Below the pieces are notes generated by a model. It saw nothing but the letters and a program-made list of their open reading frames with translations, had not been told where the DNA came from and ran no database searches. This document shows, one piece after another, positions 41,632 to 52,283 of a stretch of 64,000 nucleotides of DNA (the stretch's first letter is position 1; each line of letters begins with the position of its first letter). The DNA is from an uncultured archaeon (GTDB lineage: Archaea > Asgardarchaeota > Lokiarchaeia > Sigyniarchaeales > SOKP01): the NCBI GenBank assembly GCA_964486045.1, contig CAZALK010000002.1, positions 256,001 through 320,000 on the forward strand, in the 5' to 3' direction. A program made the position numbers and the translations under genes.

Positions 41632-42009
41632 TTATCCTCTTTTTACTTGCCCTTTAAAAGATGAAAATTGGTTGAAGATTTTAGCATCTCCTTCAACTTT
41701 AGCAAAGATATTTACGGGAGAAGCTGCTTTTGGTTTGTCGTCTTTACTAGCAGGGGTAGGTCCAAAAAAGATACAAAATCCATTCCCACTGGGCCAAAAC
41801 CCAATATCTCCTACTTCACATTCAACTTGAGAATTTTCTTGCCCCAAAGAGACGGGAATTTCACCATACAATTCTTCCCCCCACCGGGTGAGATTTACAG
41901 TAAAGGGTAATGCATTCCATATTTCTTCACATGTCTTAGGGTTCTTATCTTTGAGGAGTCTAGCTTTTATTTGCCCTATTTTTTCATTTTCAATAATAAT
42001 ATATTCCAT
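41632..42009 (-). CDS. Cyclophilin-like fold protein (DUF369/TM1367-like)
   Basis: RWGEELY, GDIGFWPSG..FCIFFGPTP and ASPVN motifs. Confidence 0.85.
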   Translation of the reverse strand: MEYIIIENEKIGQIKARLLKDKNPKTCEEIWNALPFTVNLTRWGEELYGEIPVSLGQENSQVECEVGDIGFWPSGNGFCIFFGPTPASKDDKPKAASPVNIFAKVEGDAKIFNQFSSFKGQVKRG

Positions 42010-42091
42010 AGGAAAATCAAGATTTAAAGAAATTTTTAATTCTAAGTAAGTGATTTTATTATTTAAACGAAATTGATTTTTACCAATTTAG

Positions 42092-42904
42092 ATGATTTTA
42101 GAAAGAACTGTAGAATTTGTTAACCAAACCTTTATTAGTTATAACATTAAACCTCCAAAAATTTCCAAGATTGTAGTAGGCTTAGGTTATACAGGTGTAG
42201 AAGTTTCAGCTAATATTTATGATCCTATTCTAGGATTAGCATCTACTCTTATGAATGTGATTACTATGAAAGATCGTTCTACAATTGAATTCGCAGGAAA
42301 TTTAACTAACAAAACTCTAATAGAATTAATGAATTGGTCTTACGAGCCACCAAGTATAAAAAGAATTATAGGAATAGCAACTCTTAATGCAGCTTCTCAA
42401 TATCTTTTTAAATTAATACAACCTCCTGCTAGATTGAACAGAGCCTTAATTCAACAATTAGCGATTAAAAGAGATACAACAATTACAGTTATTGGATTAA
42501 TGAAACCTTTAGTACGAAAACTAAGCAAATACACAAAATATATCTCATTAATAGAGGATGTTATTCCGATCTCACCAGAATTTAATAAATTTAGTTTTAA
42601 AAATACTATCGATAAATTAAATGATACTAATCTCGTCACTGATATCTTAATTTGCACTGGAACTGTTTTGATAAATAATACTATTGAAAAAATTTTAAAA
42701 TTATTCAAGAATAAAGCTCGAAAAATAATTTTAATCGGACCCTCTGCAAGTATGATCCCGGATATATTATTTGAAAATGGTGTTAATATAGTTGGGGGCA
42801 TGGAAATAGTTGACTCAGAAGCAACATTACGAGTTTTACAAGAAGGAGGAGGAACTAAGTTATTTAAGCAATATGGAAAAAAGTACAATTTAATAAAGGA
42901 ATAA
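42092..42904 (+). CDS. DUF364/DUF4213 Rossmann-like protein
   Basis: IGIATLNA, ICTGTVLINNT, GPSASM and GGG motifs. Confidence 0.8.
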   Translation: MILERTVEFVNQTFISYNIKPPKISKIVVGLGYTGVEVSANIYDPILGLASTLMNVITMKDRSTIEFAGNLTNKTLIELMNWSYEPPSIKRIIGIATLNAASQYLFKLIQPPARLNRALIQQLAIKRDTTITVIGLMKPLVRKLSKYTKYISLIEDVIPISPEFNKFSFKNTIDKLNDTNLVTDILICTGTVLINNTIEKILKLFKNKARKIILIGPSASMIPDILFENGVNIVGGMEIVDSEATLRVLQEGGGTKLFKQYGKKYNLIKE

Positions 42905-42942
42905 CGTATTATTGAATTATAAGAACTTTAAACCTTCTAACA

Positions 42943-43470
42943 ATGACAGCAGAATATACTTTTAAGTGTATAGTGATTGGACCAGGTGCTGTAGGAAAGT
43001 CCAGTCTTGTGCGTCGATTTGTTGATAATAAATTCGAGCTTAGTTATAAATTTACAATAGGAGTAGATTTTTTTGCTAACATTATAGAATATGAAAAGAG
43101 GAAATTTGCTAAACTCTCAATTTGGGATGTAGGGGGTCAAGAACGCTTCAGAGTTCTACGTCGTAGTTTTTATGAAGGAACGCATGGTGCCCTATTGGTT
43201 TTCGATCTTTCGAGGGCAAACACGTTTCATAAAATGAAAGACTGGTTTATAGATTTATGTAGCTTAATTAAAGAAAAGATACCTATTGTAGTTTTAGGTA
43301 ATAAAGCTGATTTAATACCTGATATTGGTGAAGTAATAAATAAAAATGAGCCTAAACAATTTGCAGAAGGAGAAGAAAGTGTATATATTGAAACTTCTGC
43401 AAAAACTGGTGATAATGTTGAAAAAGCGTTTGTTGAGCTTACACGGCGAATGAAGAAGCACAATTCTTAA
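42943..43470 (+). CDS. Rab/Ras-like small GTPase (eukaryotic signature protein)
   Basis: GPGAVGKS, TIGVDF, WDVGGQ, NKAD and ETSAK motifs; no C-terminal Cys. Confidence 0.93.
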   Translation: MTAEYTFKCIVIGPGAVGKSSLVRRFVDNKFELSYKFTIGVDFFANIIEYEKRKFAKLSIWDVGGQERFRVLRRSFYEGTHGALLVFDLSRANTFHKMKDWFIDLCSLIKEKIPIVVLGNKADLIPDIGEVINKNEPKQFAEGEESVYIETSAKTGDNVEKAFVELTRRMKKHNS

Positions 43471-43704
43471 TCCGGCTATTATTTATGTCTAGATGCGTAG
43501 ATTCCAAGAATAATTAACTTTCGGTATTGAAAATATTTAAATATCTAACCAAGATTATTTAATAAACCATATTTTAATCTTAAAAAATATTAATAATTTC
43601 AAGTATAGTAGACACACTTCAGCAAAGTGAGGTGTTTTAAAGTCTCCCTCTTAAAAAACCAGTTTATTGTGGTTTTTTCTCGAAGTGGCGCAGCTTGGTG
43701 ACCT

Positions 43705-44247
43705 ATGATGGCAAGTCTCTATGTTTTTAAAGTTATTTTGATCGGATCAGGAGCGGTGGGAAAGACAAGTCTATTGCATCGATTCGTCGAGAATCAATTC
43801 ACCTTTCGTTATAAATTAACGATAGGAGCAGATTTCCTTTCAAAAACTATCGATGGATACCCAAAACCAGATATTAAATGTAAATTACAAATATGGGACA
43901 TTGGTGGACAAGACCGATACAAATTCCTTCGAGCAAGTTTTTTTGATGGAGCTAATGGGGCATTAGTGGTTTTCGATATCTCAAGATGGCATACATTCAA
44001 AGAACTAGATGATTGGATTTCAGATTTACAAGAATTTGCAAGAAAAGATATACCTTTTGTATTGATTGGAAATAAAGCAGATTTAATAGAAGATATTGGT
44101 GGAGAGTATGATAAAGATAGTGCTGAAGATCTAGCTAAAAGAGAAAATAGTATGTTTATCTCTACCTCTGCCAAAACAGGTGAAAATGTTGAGGATGCCT
44201 TTTTAAATCTAACTAGTAAAATGTTTAAAAATGCAAAGGTTAAGTAG
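43705..44247 (+). CDS. Rab/Ras-like small GTPase (eukaryotic signature protein)
   Basis: GSGAVGKT, TIGADF, WDIGGQ, NKAD and TSAK motifs; no C-terminal Cys. Confidence 0.93.
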   Translation: MMASLYVFKVILIGSGAVGKTSLLHRFVENQFTFRYKLTIGADFLSKTIDGYPKPDIKCKLQIWDIGGQDRYKFLRASFFDGANGALVVFDISRWHTFKELDDWISDLQEFARKDIPFVLIGNKADLIEDIGGEYDKDSAEDLAKRENSMFISTSAKTGENVEDAFLNLTSKMFKNAKVK

Positions 44248-47200
44248 AATCTTCGATTCGTATAATAGCAAGGGATAGCAGGTTCGTATAGAATTTAGCT
44301 AAGTTCCTTCTTTTCATTTCATTTTTTACATCCTCATATTCAAAGGATAAACCGTCTAATTTTTTTTTTGCTATCTGGATATCCTTCTCAATAAACCGTA
44401 TTTCCTCCTCGAATTTCTTGATTTTTTGAATTCTTTCATACTTCTTTGTTTCATCTCTTAAATTGTTAATATTCTGAAGTTGTCGACTAGTAGGTTTTTT
44501 GTTTTTATTATTAAGTAGTTTTTGATTTAATGATTCTATTTTAATATTTAACACCTTTCTGTTATGTGAATAAATTTTCTTCTTTTTCTCTTGTTCCTTG
44601 GCAAATATTTTGTCGTTGAGAGTTTTAATTTCTCTTTTCCATATGGATGTTTTAGATTTTATTATTCTTTTAGCCTGGGTTTGAAGATTTGGTATAACTT
44701 CAGTTTTGTTATCTAAAGATATGGGATGATGATTGAACTCAAAACTATTTTCAAAGTTTTCCATATTTAAAACAAAATCCTGTAAATCCTTTATTTCTCT
44801 TCCATCTTTATCTACTAGTACAGGTAATATCTGGTTTTCAATTATGTATCCTTGAAACTTAACTGTAAAAACAAATAAGTAGAATTCATTTTGGTGTGAA
44901 ATTTTAGAATCAATATTTACTGGTAAAGATTTTCTCTTCAAATTCAAGATTGTGTAAGTTCCTTTAAATGAATCACTTAAACAATAATTAAGAATTGTAT
45001 TAATTAGAGGGTGCCCTAAAGCAAAAAAATCAAATTCCTCTCTCTCTCTTGCCAAATCTAAATTAAATGTTCCAATATATTCATCTAGGAGCTTATATTT
45101 CTGGTTTTTTACTAATTCCTCACTTACTCTTATTTTTGAAAGAAATCGGTCAATTATTCCTGTATTATCTACTTTTTCTTGAAGTTTTTCCAATATTCCA
45201 TATTTATTATTTTTAAGATTTAGAAAGTAGGTAATGAGTAAATAAAGTTCATTATGAGTAAGTTTTACATCTAAGCAAGATGCCAACGAACTAATAGAAC
45301 TTTCCATTTGAAAAGACTTCTTATCAATCATTAAGTCATCTAATTGCATTTCAATTTCTTTTGCCCTATGAATTTCTTCATCTAATGTTCGATAAAATTC
45401 GTTCAATTTCTTTCTCTTTTTCCTGTCATCCTCAGCAAAAATAACGTTTTTTAGATCACGTTCAATTCTCCCTATTATGGGTTCTAATACACCTACTGAT
45501 TCTTCGAATAAGTTGATTCTTTTTAACAAAGCAAAAATTACGTCTGTTTCAACTGTTCCCTCCATATAGAAGTTGTAGATAAATATCTCTCTGGATTCTT
45601 GTCCTATTCTGTCAAGGCGCCCAATTCTTTGTTCTAGTTTCATTGGATTCCATGGTAGATCATAATTTATGAGCGTTCTACAGAATTGAAAATTACGACC
45701 CTCACCTCCAATTTCTGTGGATAACAATATTGAAAAGTTTTGATCACCCCGAAATCTCTCAACTGCTTGATCCTTTTGATCTTTGTCTAATCCTCCATAA
45801 AATATTTCTATAGAATAATCACTATTTTGTTTTTTTAGCAAATCCTTTAAATAATTAAGTGTATCAACGAATTGGGTAAATATTATTAACTTCTCTTTTG
45901 GATTACGAGAATAAATCTGATGAAGAATCTCGAGCAATTTATCAGATTTTGAATCGTAAGAGATATTTTTTAATTTAATATAGAATTCATTTAGGATCTT
46001 TTGTTGGTTAAACACATTTGAACCTAATTCAATTTGTTCTTCAGTAAATTTATCTTTATATTTTTCGAATGCAACTGAATCGAGAAACTCATCTTCTAAC
46101 TCTAACTCATAAAATTCTGGATCCTCTTCTTTAATGGCATCAAAATTTAGAAAAATATTTTTATACCTTTTAATCTGTTCTAATCTTCTTTCAAGACTTT
46201 TTAAAATGGCATATTTTGAGCTAGTTAACAATTTCTGTAAAGTTGTTAATACAAATCCTAAGCCTACATTTTCTTTACTTGGAGATGAATTATAAATCTG
46301 AGCGAGATATAGACGAATTTCATTATAGACGCTTAACTCTTCTTTAGTAGGATTGACAACAATGGTGTAAACAATTCTTTTGTTAAGATATTCTTCAGTG
46401 AAAATGTTTTTCTTTCGATTTCTTATTAAGAATTTTGACAACGTGTGGTCCTGTTCAATTTTCGTTAATATTTTCTGTCTAAAAGATTCGTTTTTAATTT
46501 CTGTTAGTATTTGCCTATTACTTTTGTCTTTACTAATGTATTTAAGATCTTTTAGAAGGTTTACTGTAGTTTTTACTTCGAAATTATTTAATCTATCAAT
46601 TTGTTTTATATTGTTAATTAGAAGATTGATAAAAGGCATATTCTTTCGAAAATGTTCAAAATCACTGAAAGAATTAAATGATTCAGGCGAAATCAGCTCA
46701 ATCAATGAAAATAACTCAAATGAATGGAGTTGCAATGGTGTAGCTGTTAACAATAGCATGCATTCTGAGTTAAAGCTTAAACTTTTAGCTAATTCATAAT
46801 TTAACGTTTCTCTGTATCTACCTGTAGTTGAATTGATTAAATATCGCCTTAAATGATGAGCTTCATCAAATATTACAATATCCCAGGAAATTGCAGATAT
46901 TAATTCAATATATTTTTGATTTCGAGCAAATTGGAGTGAACAAATAATTAAATTTTCATAATAAAAAGGATTTTGATACTTCTCGGCACTTCTATAGTTT
47001 CCTATACGCTCTAATTCCTTTATTTTTTTCCCATCATAAATAGTGAAATTGATTGAGAACTTATTTTTCATCTCAAACTGCCATTGTTTTACTAATGAAG
47101 CAGGTACAATTATTATAATGCGTTCGACAAGATTTCTTGCCATCATCTCTTTTATGTATATTCCAGCTTCTATTGTTTTCCCTAGTCCAACTTCATCTGC

Positions 47201-47854
47201 TAGGATAATCCTTGGAAAAAATTCTTCAGATAATCGATGGGTAACATTTATTTGATGTGGCATTAACGTTAAACGAGAATTCGTAATACATTTAATCTGA
47301 TATGAGGTATAATACGAGCTAAAGAGATTTGCCCAATATTTAATCAAGAATTGTTGTGGGGGGTCAATTTGACCTTGGGAAATTTGCATATGGATATTAG
47401 GTATATATTTAGAATAAATCTCAGATTCATTTATTTGAGATAATTTTCCACTTTCTTTTAAAAATTCATAAGAGATTTTCCCATCCCTAATTATAAAGTC
47501 TTTAGAATTTATTATCCCAATTCCTTGTTTACTTTGAACTTTTTCGTCTATATCAAAAATAAAATGAATCAAATCAATAGGATGTATAATTTTTACTATA
47601 TCATTTTTGAAACGGACTTTAAATTTCGAGAATAATCGAGTATCATCGTCATCCAAAGATTTTGAAGTAGGAATTTCGATTTTTCTCATAATTCTCCCAA
47701 TTCCTAAATCAGGATTTAGCCTATAAATAATTAAATTTCCCTTGTTAAACTTCTGACCCTGGCAATAGATATTAAAACATTTAGAATACTTCGATTCTAA
47801 TTCCTTCCTACAGAATGGACAATTAAACTTATAGTGATTTATCTTGGGAATCAT
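44240..47854 (-). CDS. SNF2-family helicase (RapA/HepA-like) with N-terminal Zn knuckle and C-terminal coiled coil
   Basis: LADEVGLGKTIEAG, DEAHH, LTATP, GGEGRNFQF and PWNPMKLEQRIGRLDRIGQ motifs; CPFC..CFNIYC. Confidence 0.9.
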   Translation of the reverse strand: MIPKINHYKFNCPFCRKELESKYSKCFNIYCQGQKFNKGNLIIYRLNPDLGIGRIMRKIEIPTSKSLDDDDTRLFSKFKVRFKNDIVKIIHPIDLIHFIFDIDEKVQSKQGIGIINSKDFIIRDGKISYEFLKESGKLSQINESEIYSKYIPNIHMQISQGQIDPPQQFLIKYWANLFSSYYTSYQIKCITNSRLTLMPHQINVTHRLSEEFFPRIILADEVGLGKTIEAGIYIKEMMARNLVERIIIIVPASLVKQWQFEMKNKFSINFTIYDGKKIKELERIGNYRSAEKYQNPFYYENLIICSLQFARNQKYIELISAISWDIVIFDEAHHLRRYLINSTTGRYRETLNYELAKSLSFNSECMLLLTATPLQLHSFELFSLIELISPESFNSFSDFEHFRKNMPFINLLINNIKQIDRLNNFEVKTTVNLLKDLKYISKDKSNRQILTEIKNESFRQKILTKIEQDHTLSKFLIRNRKKNIFTEEYLNKRIVYTIVVNPTKEELSVYNEIRLYLAQIYNSSPSKENVGLGFVLTTLQKLLTSSKYAILKSLERRLEQIKRYKNIFLNFDAIKEEDPEFYELELEDEFLDSVAFEKYKDKFTEEQIELGSNVFNQQKILNEFYIKLKNISYDSKSDKLLEILHQIYSRNPKEKLIIFTQFVDTLNYLKDLLKKQNSDYSIEIFYGGLDKDQKDQAVERFRGDQNFSILLSTEIGGEGRNFQFCRTLINYDLPWNPMKLEQRIGRLDRIGQESREIFIYNFYMEGTVETDVIFALLKRINLFEESVGVLEPIIGRIERDLKNVIFAEDDRKKRKKLNEFYRTLDEEIHRAKEIEMQLDDLMIDKKSFQMESSISSLASCLDVKLTHNELYLLITYFLNLKNNKYGILEKLQEKVDNTGIIDRFLSKIRVSEELVKNQKYKLLDEYIGTFNLDLAREREEFDFFALGHPLINTILNYCLSDSFKGTYTILNLKRKSLPVNIDSKISHQNEFYLFVFTVKFQGYIIENQILPVLVDKDGREIKDLQDFVLNMENFENSFEFNHHPISLDNKTEVIPNLQTQAKRIIKSKTSIWKREIKTLNDKIFAKEQEKKKKIYSHNRKVLNIKIESLNQKLLNNKNKKPTSRQLQNINNLRDETKKYERIQKIKKFEEEIRFIEKDIQIAKKKLDGLSFEYEDVKNEMKRRNLAKFYTNLLSLAIIRIEDST

Positions 47855-48076
47855 TCTCTTTATATATGATTTAATGTAAACAAAAGTAAAAATTTTTGTT
47901 TTTTCGATTTAAGCAATTTAAATGTCTGTCTTAAGGAGTTCCTAGGATATAAAAATCGAAATTATGATGCGAAAAAAGCAGTTATAAGTTTTTAAAATCA
48001 AAGTGTAATAGTTAGATTCAAATTAAAACAACATTTTAATTTAACAGTACTATAAACATATTTTTATTTAGATAAT

Positions 48077-50839
48077 ATGACTGAAATTGAGGATAAATCA
48101 TCTGAGGAAAAAATTACAAGTAGTGCTTCATTAGAATTGCTTAAAAAAGTAAACTCTGCCGCAAATTATTGTTACTCTTGTAATCGTTGTAATAATGTTT
48201 GTCCAACAGCATATCTTGATATTTTTTACCCTCGGAGTTTAATAATGGATCTAACTTTTTCGACACCGGAAGAATCTTTAGAGAAAAATGATATTTGGAA
48301 ATGTCTTACTTGCGGTTTATGTTCAGTATACTGTCCTATGACTAAAGAGGAAATTGGAGTTAATTTTACAAAAATAATTAAAGATCTTCGGTCTTTAGCT
48401 TCAGAGTATCAACCACTACAAGAGGCATTACAAAGCTGTAATCACGAAAGAGTGTATTCAAGCTTGCCAAAATTAATGGCTGAGGATAAGATCAAATTTC
48501 CAAATAAAACAGGATTTTTAGCAGGAACAGGATTAAAGACAACCAATATGGGAGAGATTGCCTATTTCATGGGGTGTGTGCCCTTTTTATCAGGTACAGC
48601 TCCTTGTGTGATTGGATGTCCTGCGGGTGTTGATGTTCAAGGTTATGTGTCGTTAATTTCAGAAGGCAAGTTTCAAGAATCTATCGATCTTATTCGAGAT
48701 AAAAATCCATTACCTTATTTATGTGGAAGGATTTGTACTGCACAATGTGCATTAAATTGTAATCGTGAGTTTTTTGATGATCCTGTTGCTATCCGGGAAC
48801 TTAAACGATTCGTATCTGATTGGGAAGTTGAACATCCTAATCAAAGTAGGATAAAGCCTGTACATCAAACCAAAGAAAAAGTAGCGATAATTGGAGCGGG
48901 TCCTGGTGGATTATCAGCTGCTTATTTTCTTGCTCGAATGGGATATAAGCCCACGATTTTCGAAAAGGGCGACAAAACGGGTGGTGCGGTTAGATATGGT
49001 GTTCCACAATACAGAATTTCTGATAAAGCACTTGACCATGATGTTGATTTTATAAAAAAAATGGGAGTAGAGATTGTTTTAAACAAAGAATTTGGTCCAA
49101 GTTTCACATTGGAAGATATCTGGAAAGAAGGATTTAAGGCTGTCTTCATTGCTGTTGGTTTATATGTGCCAAAAACTTTAAGGCTTGAAGGGGAAGATTT
49201 ACCTAATGTTCATGTAGCACTTGATTTCCTCTTAGACCGAAAATATAAATGCGTTGAAAACCCAGATGAATTCAAAGGGAAAACTTTTGGAATTATTGGC
49301 GGGGGAGCTGTAGCCGTCGATGTAGGTGAGACAGCTATAAGGTTAGGGGCAACTAAAGCTGATCTCGTAGACATACTTACCGAAGATGCTTTAAAGAATG
49401 TTCTCAAAGACTTACATAAAGCTGAACGCGAGATAATGGAATTTCATTTTGAAACATCAACAGCGAACATCACGAAAGAATTTGATGGAAAATTAGCTTT
49501 AAATTGCTATAAGATTGAATGGGGAGATCCAGATCCTGAAACAGGAAGAAGACCCTTAGACAAAGTTGAAGGATCAGAATTTAAAATTGTCGTTGATTAT
49601 ATTGTAATAGCTATTGGTCAAGGTCTTGATCCTGAGCCTATTAATGCTGCCACGGATAATAAATTAAAACTTGAAAGAGGTAAAATTGTAGTCGATAATT
49701 TAACTTATGAAACAGGCATTCCAGGCGTATTTGCTGGTGGAGATATTATTTATAATTCATTGATGTGCGCAGTTGATGCTATAGGGGATGGTCGAGAGAC
49801 GGCTTTCACTATTGACAGGTATCTGCGAGGACGAGATTTAAAAGAAGGAAGAATTGTGAAAGGTAATTTAAAACGTTCAACAATACCTAAAAAATATATC
49901 CAAACTAATTCATGTCAAGAAATGAATTTCATGCCTGGTGAGGAAAGACTTGTTTGTTTTGATGAAATGGAATTAGGTTTTACTGAAGAACAAGCCAAAA
50001 GAGAGGCAAATAGATGTTTAAACTGTAATTGCTGCTGTAATTCTGACCAAATCCCTGAAGATTTTGAAAAAGCCTTAGACGCTTCAGGAATAATGATATC
50101 TAATTATGGAAGTCAAGATAATTGGAGCTCATTAAATGCCCCCGATTATTTACAAATCCCTAAAAGTGTAATTGGTATATTAAATCAGAACGATATTATA
50201 CCAGTTGTCTTACCTGAAGAAAAATGCTGCGGTCACGATGCTGTATGGCGTGGGGATATTGAAACTTTTTATACTTTAGCAGAATATAATGTAAATCTAT
50301 TTAAAGATGCAGGAGTCAAGACTCTTATCTTTAGCTGTGCTGAAGGCTATTATACGTGGAAACATGATTATAAAAATTTATTCAAAGGTAAAGAAGAGTT
50401 TAATTTTGAGATCTATCACATTACTGAATATATCTTAAAGGAGAAACTATTAGAAGATATTTCATTTCCGAGTCTAAATAAAATTAAGGTAACATACCAT
50501 GACCCCTGCAGACTTGGGAGGATGAGTAATGTTTTCGATGCACCCAGAGACGTGTTAAAGCAAATTCCAAATGTAGAAATGATTGAGATGGAAGATACTA
50601 TGCAAGATGCGGAATGTTGTGGTGTATCCGCATACATATCTTGTAATGAAGATTCAAAAAAATTACAAGCGAAAAAAATACACCAAGCAATAGAAACAGG
50701 CGCTGAATACCTAATTACCTCATGTCCTAAATGTATTGCTCACCTCAATTGTTATATCAATGAAAACAGAGAATTAAAAGATAAAATTAAGGTTATTGAC
50801 ATTGTAAGTTTTCTTGGGAAACTACTCTTTCTGATATAA
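48077..50839 (+). CDS. HdrC/HdrD-like Fe-S/CCG protein with inserted GltD/NfnB-like FAD module
   Basis: CYSCNRCNNVCP and CLTCGLCSVYCP; APC..GCP, GRIC...C and GAGPGG; CCGH, HDPCRLGR, CCG and TSCPKC. Confidence 0.82.
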   Translation: MTEIEDKSSEEKITSSASLELLKKVNSAANYCYSCNRCNNVCPTAYLDIFYPRSLIMDLTFSTPEESLEKNDIWKCLTCGLCSVYCPMTKEEIGVNFTKIIKDLRSLASEYQPLQEALQSCNHERVYSSLPKLMAEDKIKFPNKTGFLAGTGLKTTNMGEIAYFMGCVPFLSGTAPCVIGCPAGVDVQGYVSLISEGKFQESIDLIRDKNPLPYLCGRICTAQCALNCNREFFDDPVAIRELKRFVSDWEVEHPNQSRIKPVHQTKEKVAIIGAGPGGLSAAYFLARMGYKPTIFEKGDKTGGAVRYGVPQYRISDKALDHDVDFIKKMGVEIVLNKEFGPSFTLEDIWKEGFKAVFIAVGLYVPKTLRLEGEDLPNVHVALDFLLDRKYKCVENPDEFKGKTFGIIGGGAVAVDVGETAIRLGATKADLVDILTEDALKNVLKDLHKAEREIMEFHFETSTANITKEFDGKLALNCYKIEWGDPDPETGRRPLDKVEGSEFKIVVDYIVIAIGQGLDPEPINAATDNKLKLERGKIVVDNLTYETGIPGVFAGGDIIYNSLMCAVDAIGDGRETAFTIDRYLRGRDLKEGRIVKGNLKRSTIPKKYIQTNSCQEMNFMPGEERLVCFDEMELGFTEEQAKREANRCLNCNCCCNSDQIPEDFEKALDASGIMISNYGSQDNWSSLNAPDYLQIPKSVIGILNQNDIIPVVLPEEKCCGHDAVWRGDIETFYTLAEYNVNLFKDAGVKTLIFSCAEGYYTWKHDYKNLFKGKEEFNFEIYHITEYILKEKLLEDISFPSLNKIKVTYHDPCRLGRMSNVFDAPRDVLKQIPNVEMIEMEDTMQDAECCGVSAYISCNEDSKKLQAKKIHQAIETGAEYLITSCPKCIAHLNCYINENRELKDKIKVIDIVSFLGKLLFLI

Positions 50840-50873
50840 TCTAAGCTAAAATTCTTTAAATTTTCTAATCCAA

Positions 50874-50933
50874 TAAACTTTTAGTGGTAAATTTAAGCTT
50901 TTATCAGTAAATTTAAACTTTTGATGGTAAAAA
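50874..50933 (+). repeat. Three imperfect 20-bp tandem repeats
   Basis: taaacttttagtggtaaatt / taagcttttatcagtaaatt / taaacttttgatggtaaaaa. Confidence 0.65.
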
Positions 50934-51277
50934 CTTTCAATATTCTTTTTAAATACTTTTTCTTTGATATATAAAAGAAACCATCACGTTTTTGGTGTAA
51001 GGAAAAATCGAAATCGATCCTTAATATATTATTGAAGTGAATGTTATGAAATCGTATACTAAAATGAAAATTTCAGAGATTTTCTTATGAAAATTACCAT
51101 TATTGAGACCAAATATATCTTACTATTTTACTTGTCTAAACCTTACTATTATTATACATAACAACAATTGATCAAATTCAATAAGAAGAAATTAAAAAGC
51201 TTAAATAAAAACTTGTCCAACTATATTATAGCGAAATATATTAAAATTCTTCATAGCTTTTCAGTGATAATAGAATC

Positions 51278-52123
51278 ATGAAGAAACAAAGGGAAGAAAA
51301 GAGAGATTTTATGGACTTAACTTGGTTAAATAGTCAGTATTATGAGTTGGGGAGATCTATTCAAGATATCGCGGATGATCAAGGCGTAAGTATGATAACA
51401 ATCAGGAAGTGGGTCGATAAAATTGAAAAACCAATTTCAGACAAAAAAGACAAAAAGGAAGAAAAAATTGTAAAATTTTTTAATAAATCAATTAAAACAT
51501 GCCCTCATTGTGGGCAAAAGTTAAACCTAAGAGCAAGTTTTTGCATTAGATGTGGAGAAAAAGTCGAAGACAATCAGGTACTTCCGTCAACTTCGGATAA
51601 AAAAGAAGAAACACTGGTTTCAGACAGTCCCCAGATGAAATTTGCACAGAAACAATTGATTCCATCAATTTCAGACACAAAAGAAGAAAAAACCGTAGTA
51701 AAAATTCCGCTAATAAAAAATGAACAGGTACCAACTCGAAAAAAAACAAACTTAAAAAAACAGAGATTTTGTCCAAATTGTAATGCCATCATAGGCAGAT
51801 ATAGTGAAATATGTAAACAATGTGAATTTATACTAATAAAAAGATGTCCTTTATGTGGAGATTATTTCAGTCATGATAAACAGCATATCTGTAAAGAAAC
51901 GAAAGGAACTAAAATTAAAGAGGTAAAAGATGAAAGGCAGGTAACAGAAGAATCTTTAACTGGAACTGAGGAAAAACGACCTGTTCAGCCTATTTTAGAA
52001 GCAATAGAGAAAAAATCTAAAGTAATTCAACGTTTTTGTAAATTCTGTGAATTGAAATTAAATAAAAAGGCAACATTTTGTCCGCAATGTGGGACAAGAG
52101 TAAAACAAAGTAAATTATTTTGA
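51278..52123 (+). CDS. N-terminal HTH + multiple zinc-ribbon protein
   Basis: SIQDIADDQGVSMITIRKW; CPHC/CIRC, CPNC/CKQC, CPLC and CKFC/CPQC pairs. Confidence 0.8.
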   Translation: MKKQREEKRDFMDLTWLNSQYYELGRSIQDIADDQGVSMITIRKWVDKIEKPISDKKDKKEEKIVKFFNKSIKTCPHCGQKLNLRASFCIRCGEKVEDNQVLPSTSDKKEETLVSDSPQMKFAQKQLIPSISDTKEEKTVVKIPLIKNEQVPTRKKTNLKKQRFCPNCNAIIGRYSEICKQCEFILIKRCPLCGDYFSHDKQHICKETKGTKIKEVKDERQVTEESLTGTEEKRPVQPILEAIEKKSKVIQRFCKFCELKLNKKATFCPQCGTRVKQSKLF

Positions 52124-52283
52124 AATTTTTCTTTAATATTTTTTCTTATCTTTTTTGGTCATTCAGAATCTGCCTAATTTAAAGAGAGATATTTTTAGAG
52201 TTAACAAGAAAATAAATAAATACTGGAATATTGAAAATAAATATTGAGTTAATATATTTTAAAATTCAACCACACAATTAATT

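Noticed and set aside
43681-43703. tRNA gene
   Set aside because: Only a D-arm-like 20-mer; no anticodon arm, T-arm or acceptor stem, and a CDS follows directly.
44240-47854. DISARM (DrmD) or similar defence operon
   Set aside because: No methylase, DrmA/B/C or nuclease partners are adjacent; treated as a stand-alone SNF2 helicase.
28927-50839. Selenocysteine read-through in the redox genes or at TGA stops such as 30031-30033
   Set aside because: The proteins I checked appear full length at their stops, with no Cys-motif position replaced by TGA; a SECIS search was not possible by eye.
50874-50933. CRISPR array
   Set aside because: Units are contiguous with no spacers, and no cas genes are in the window.
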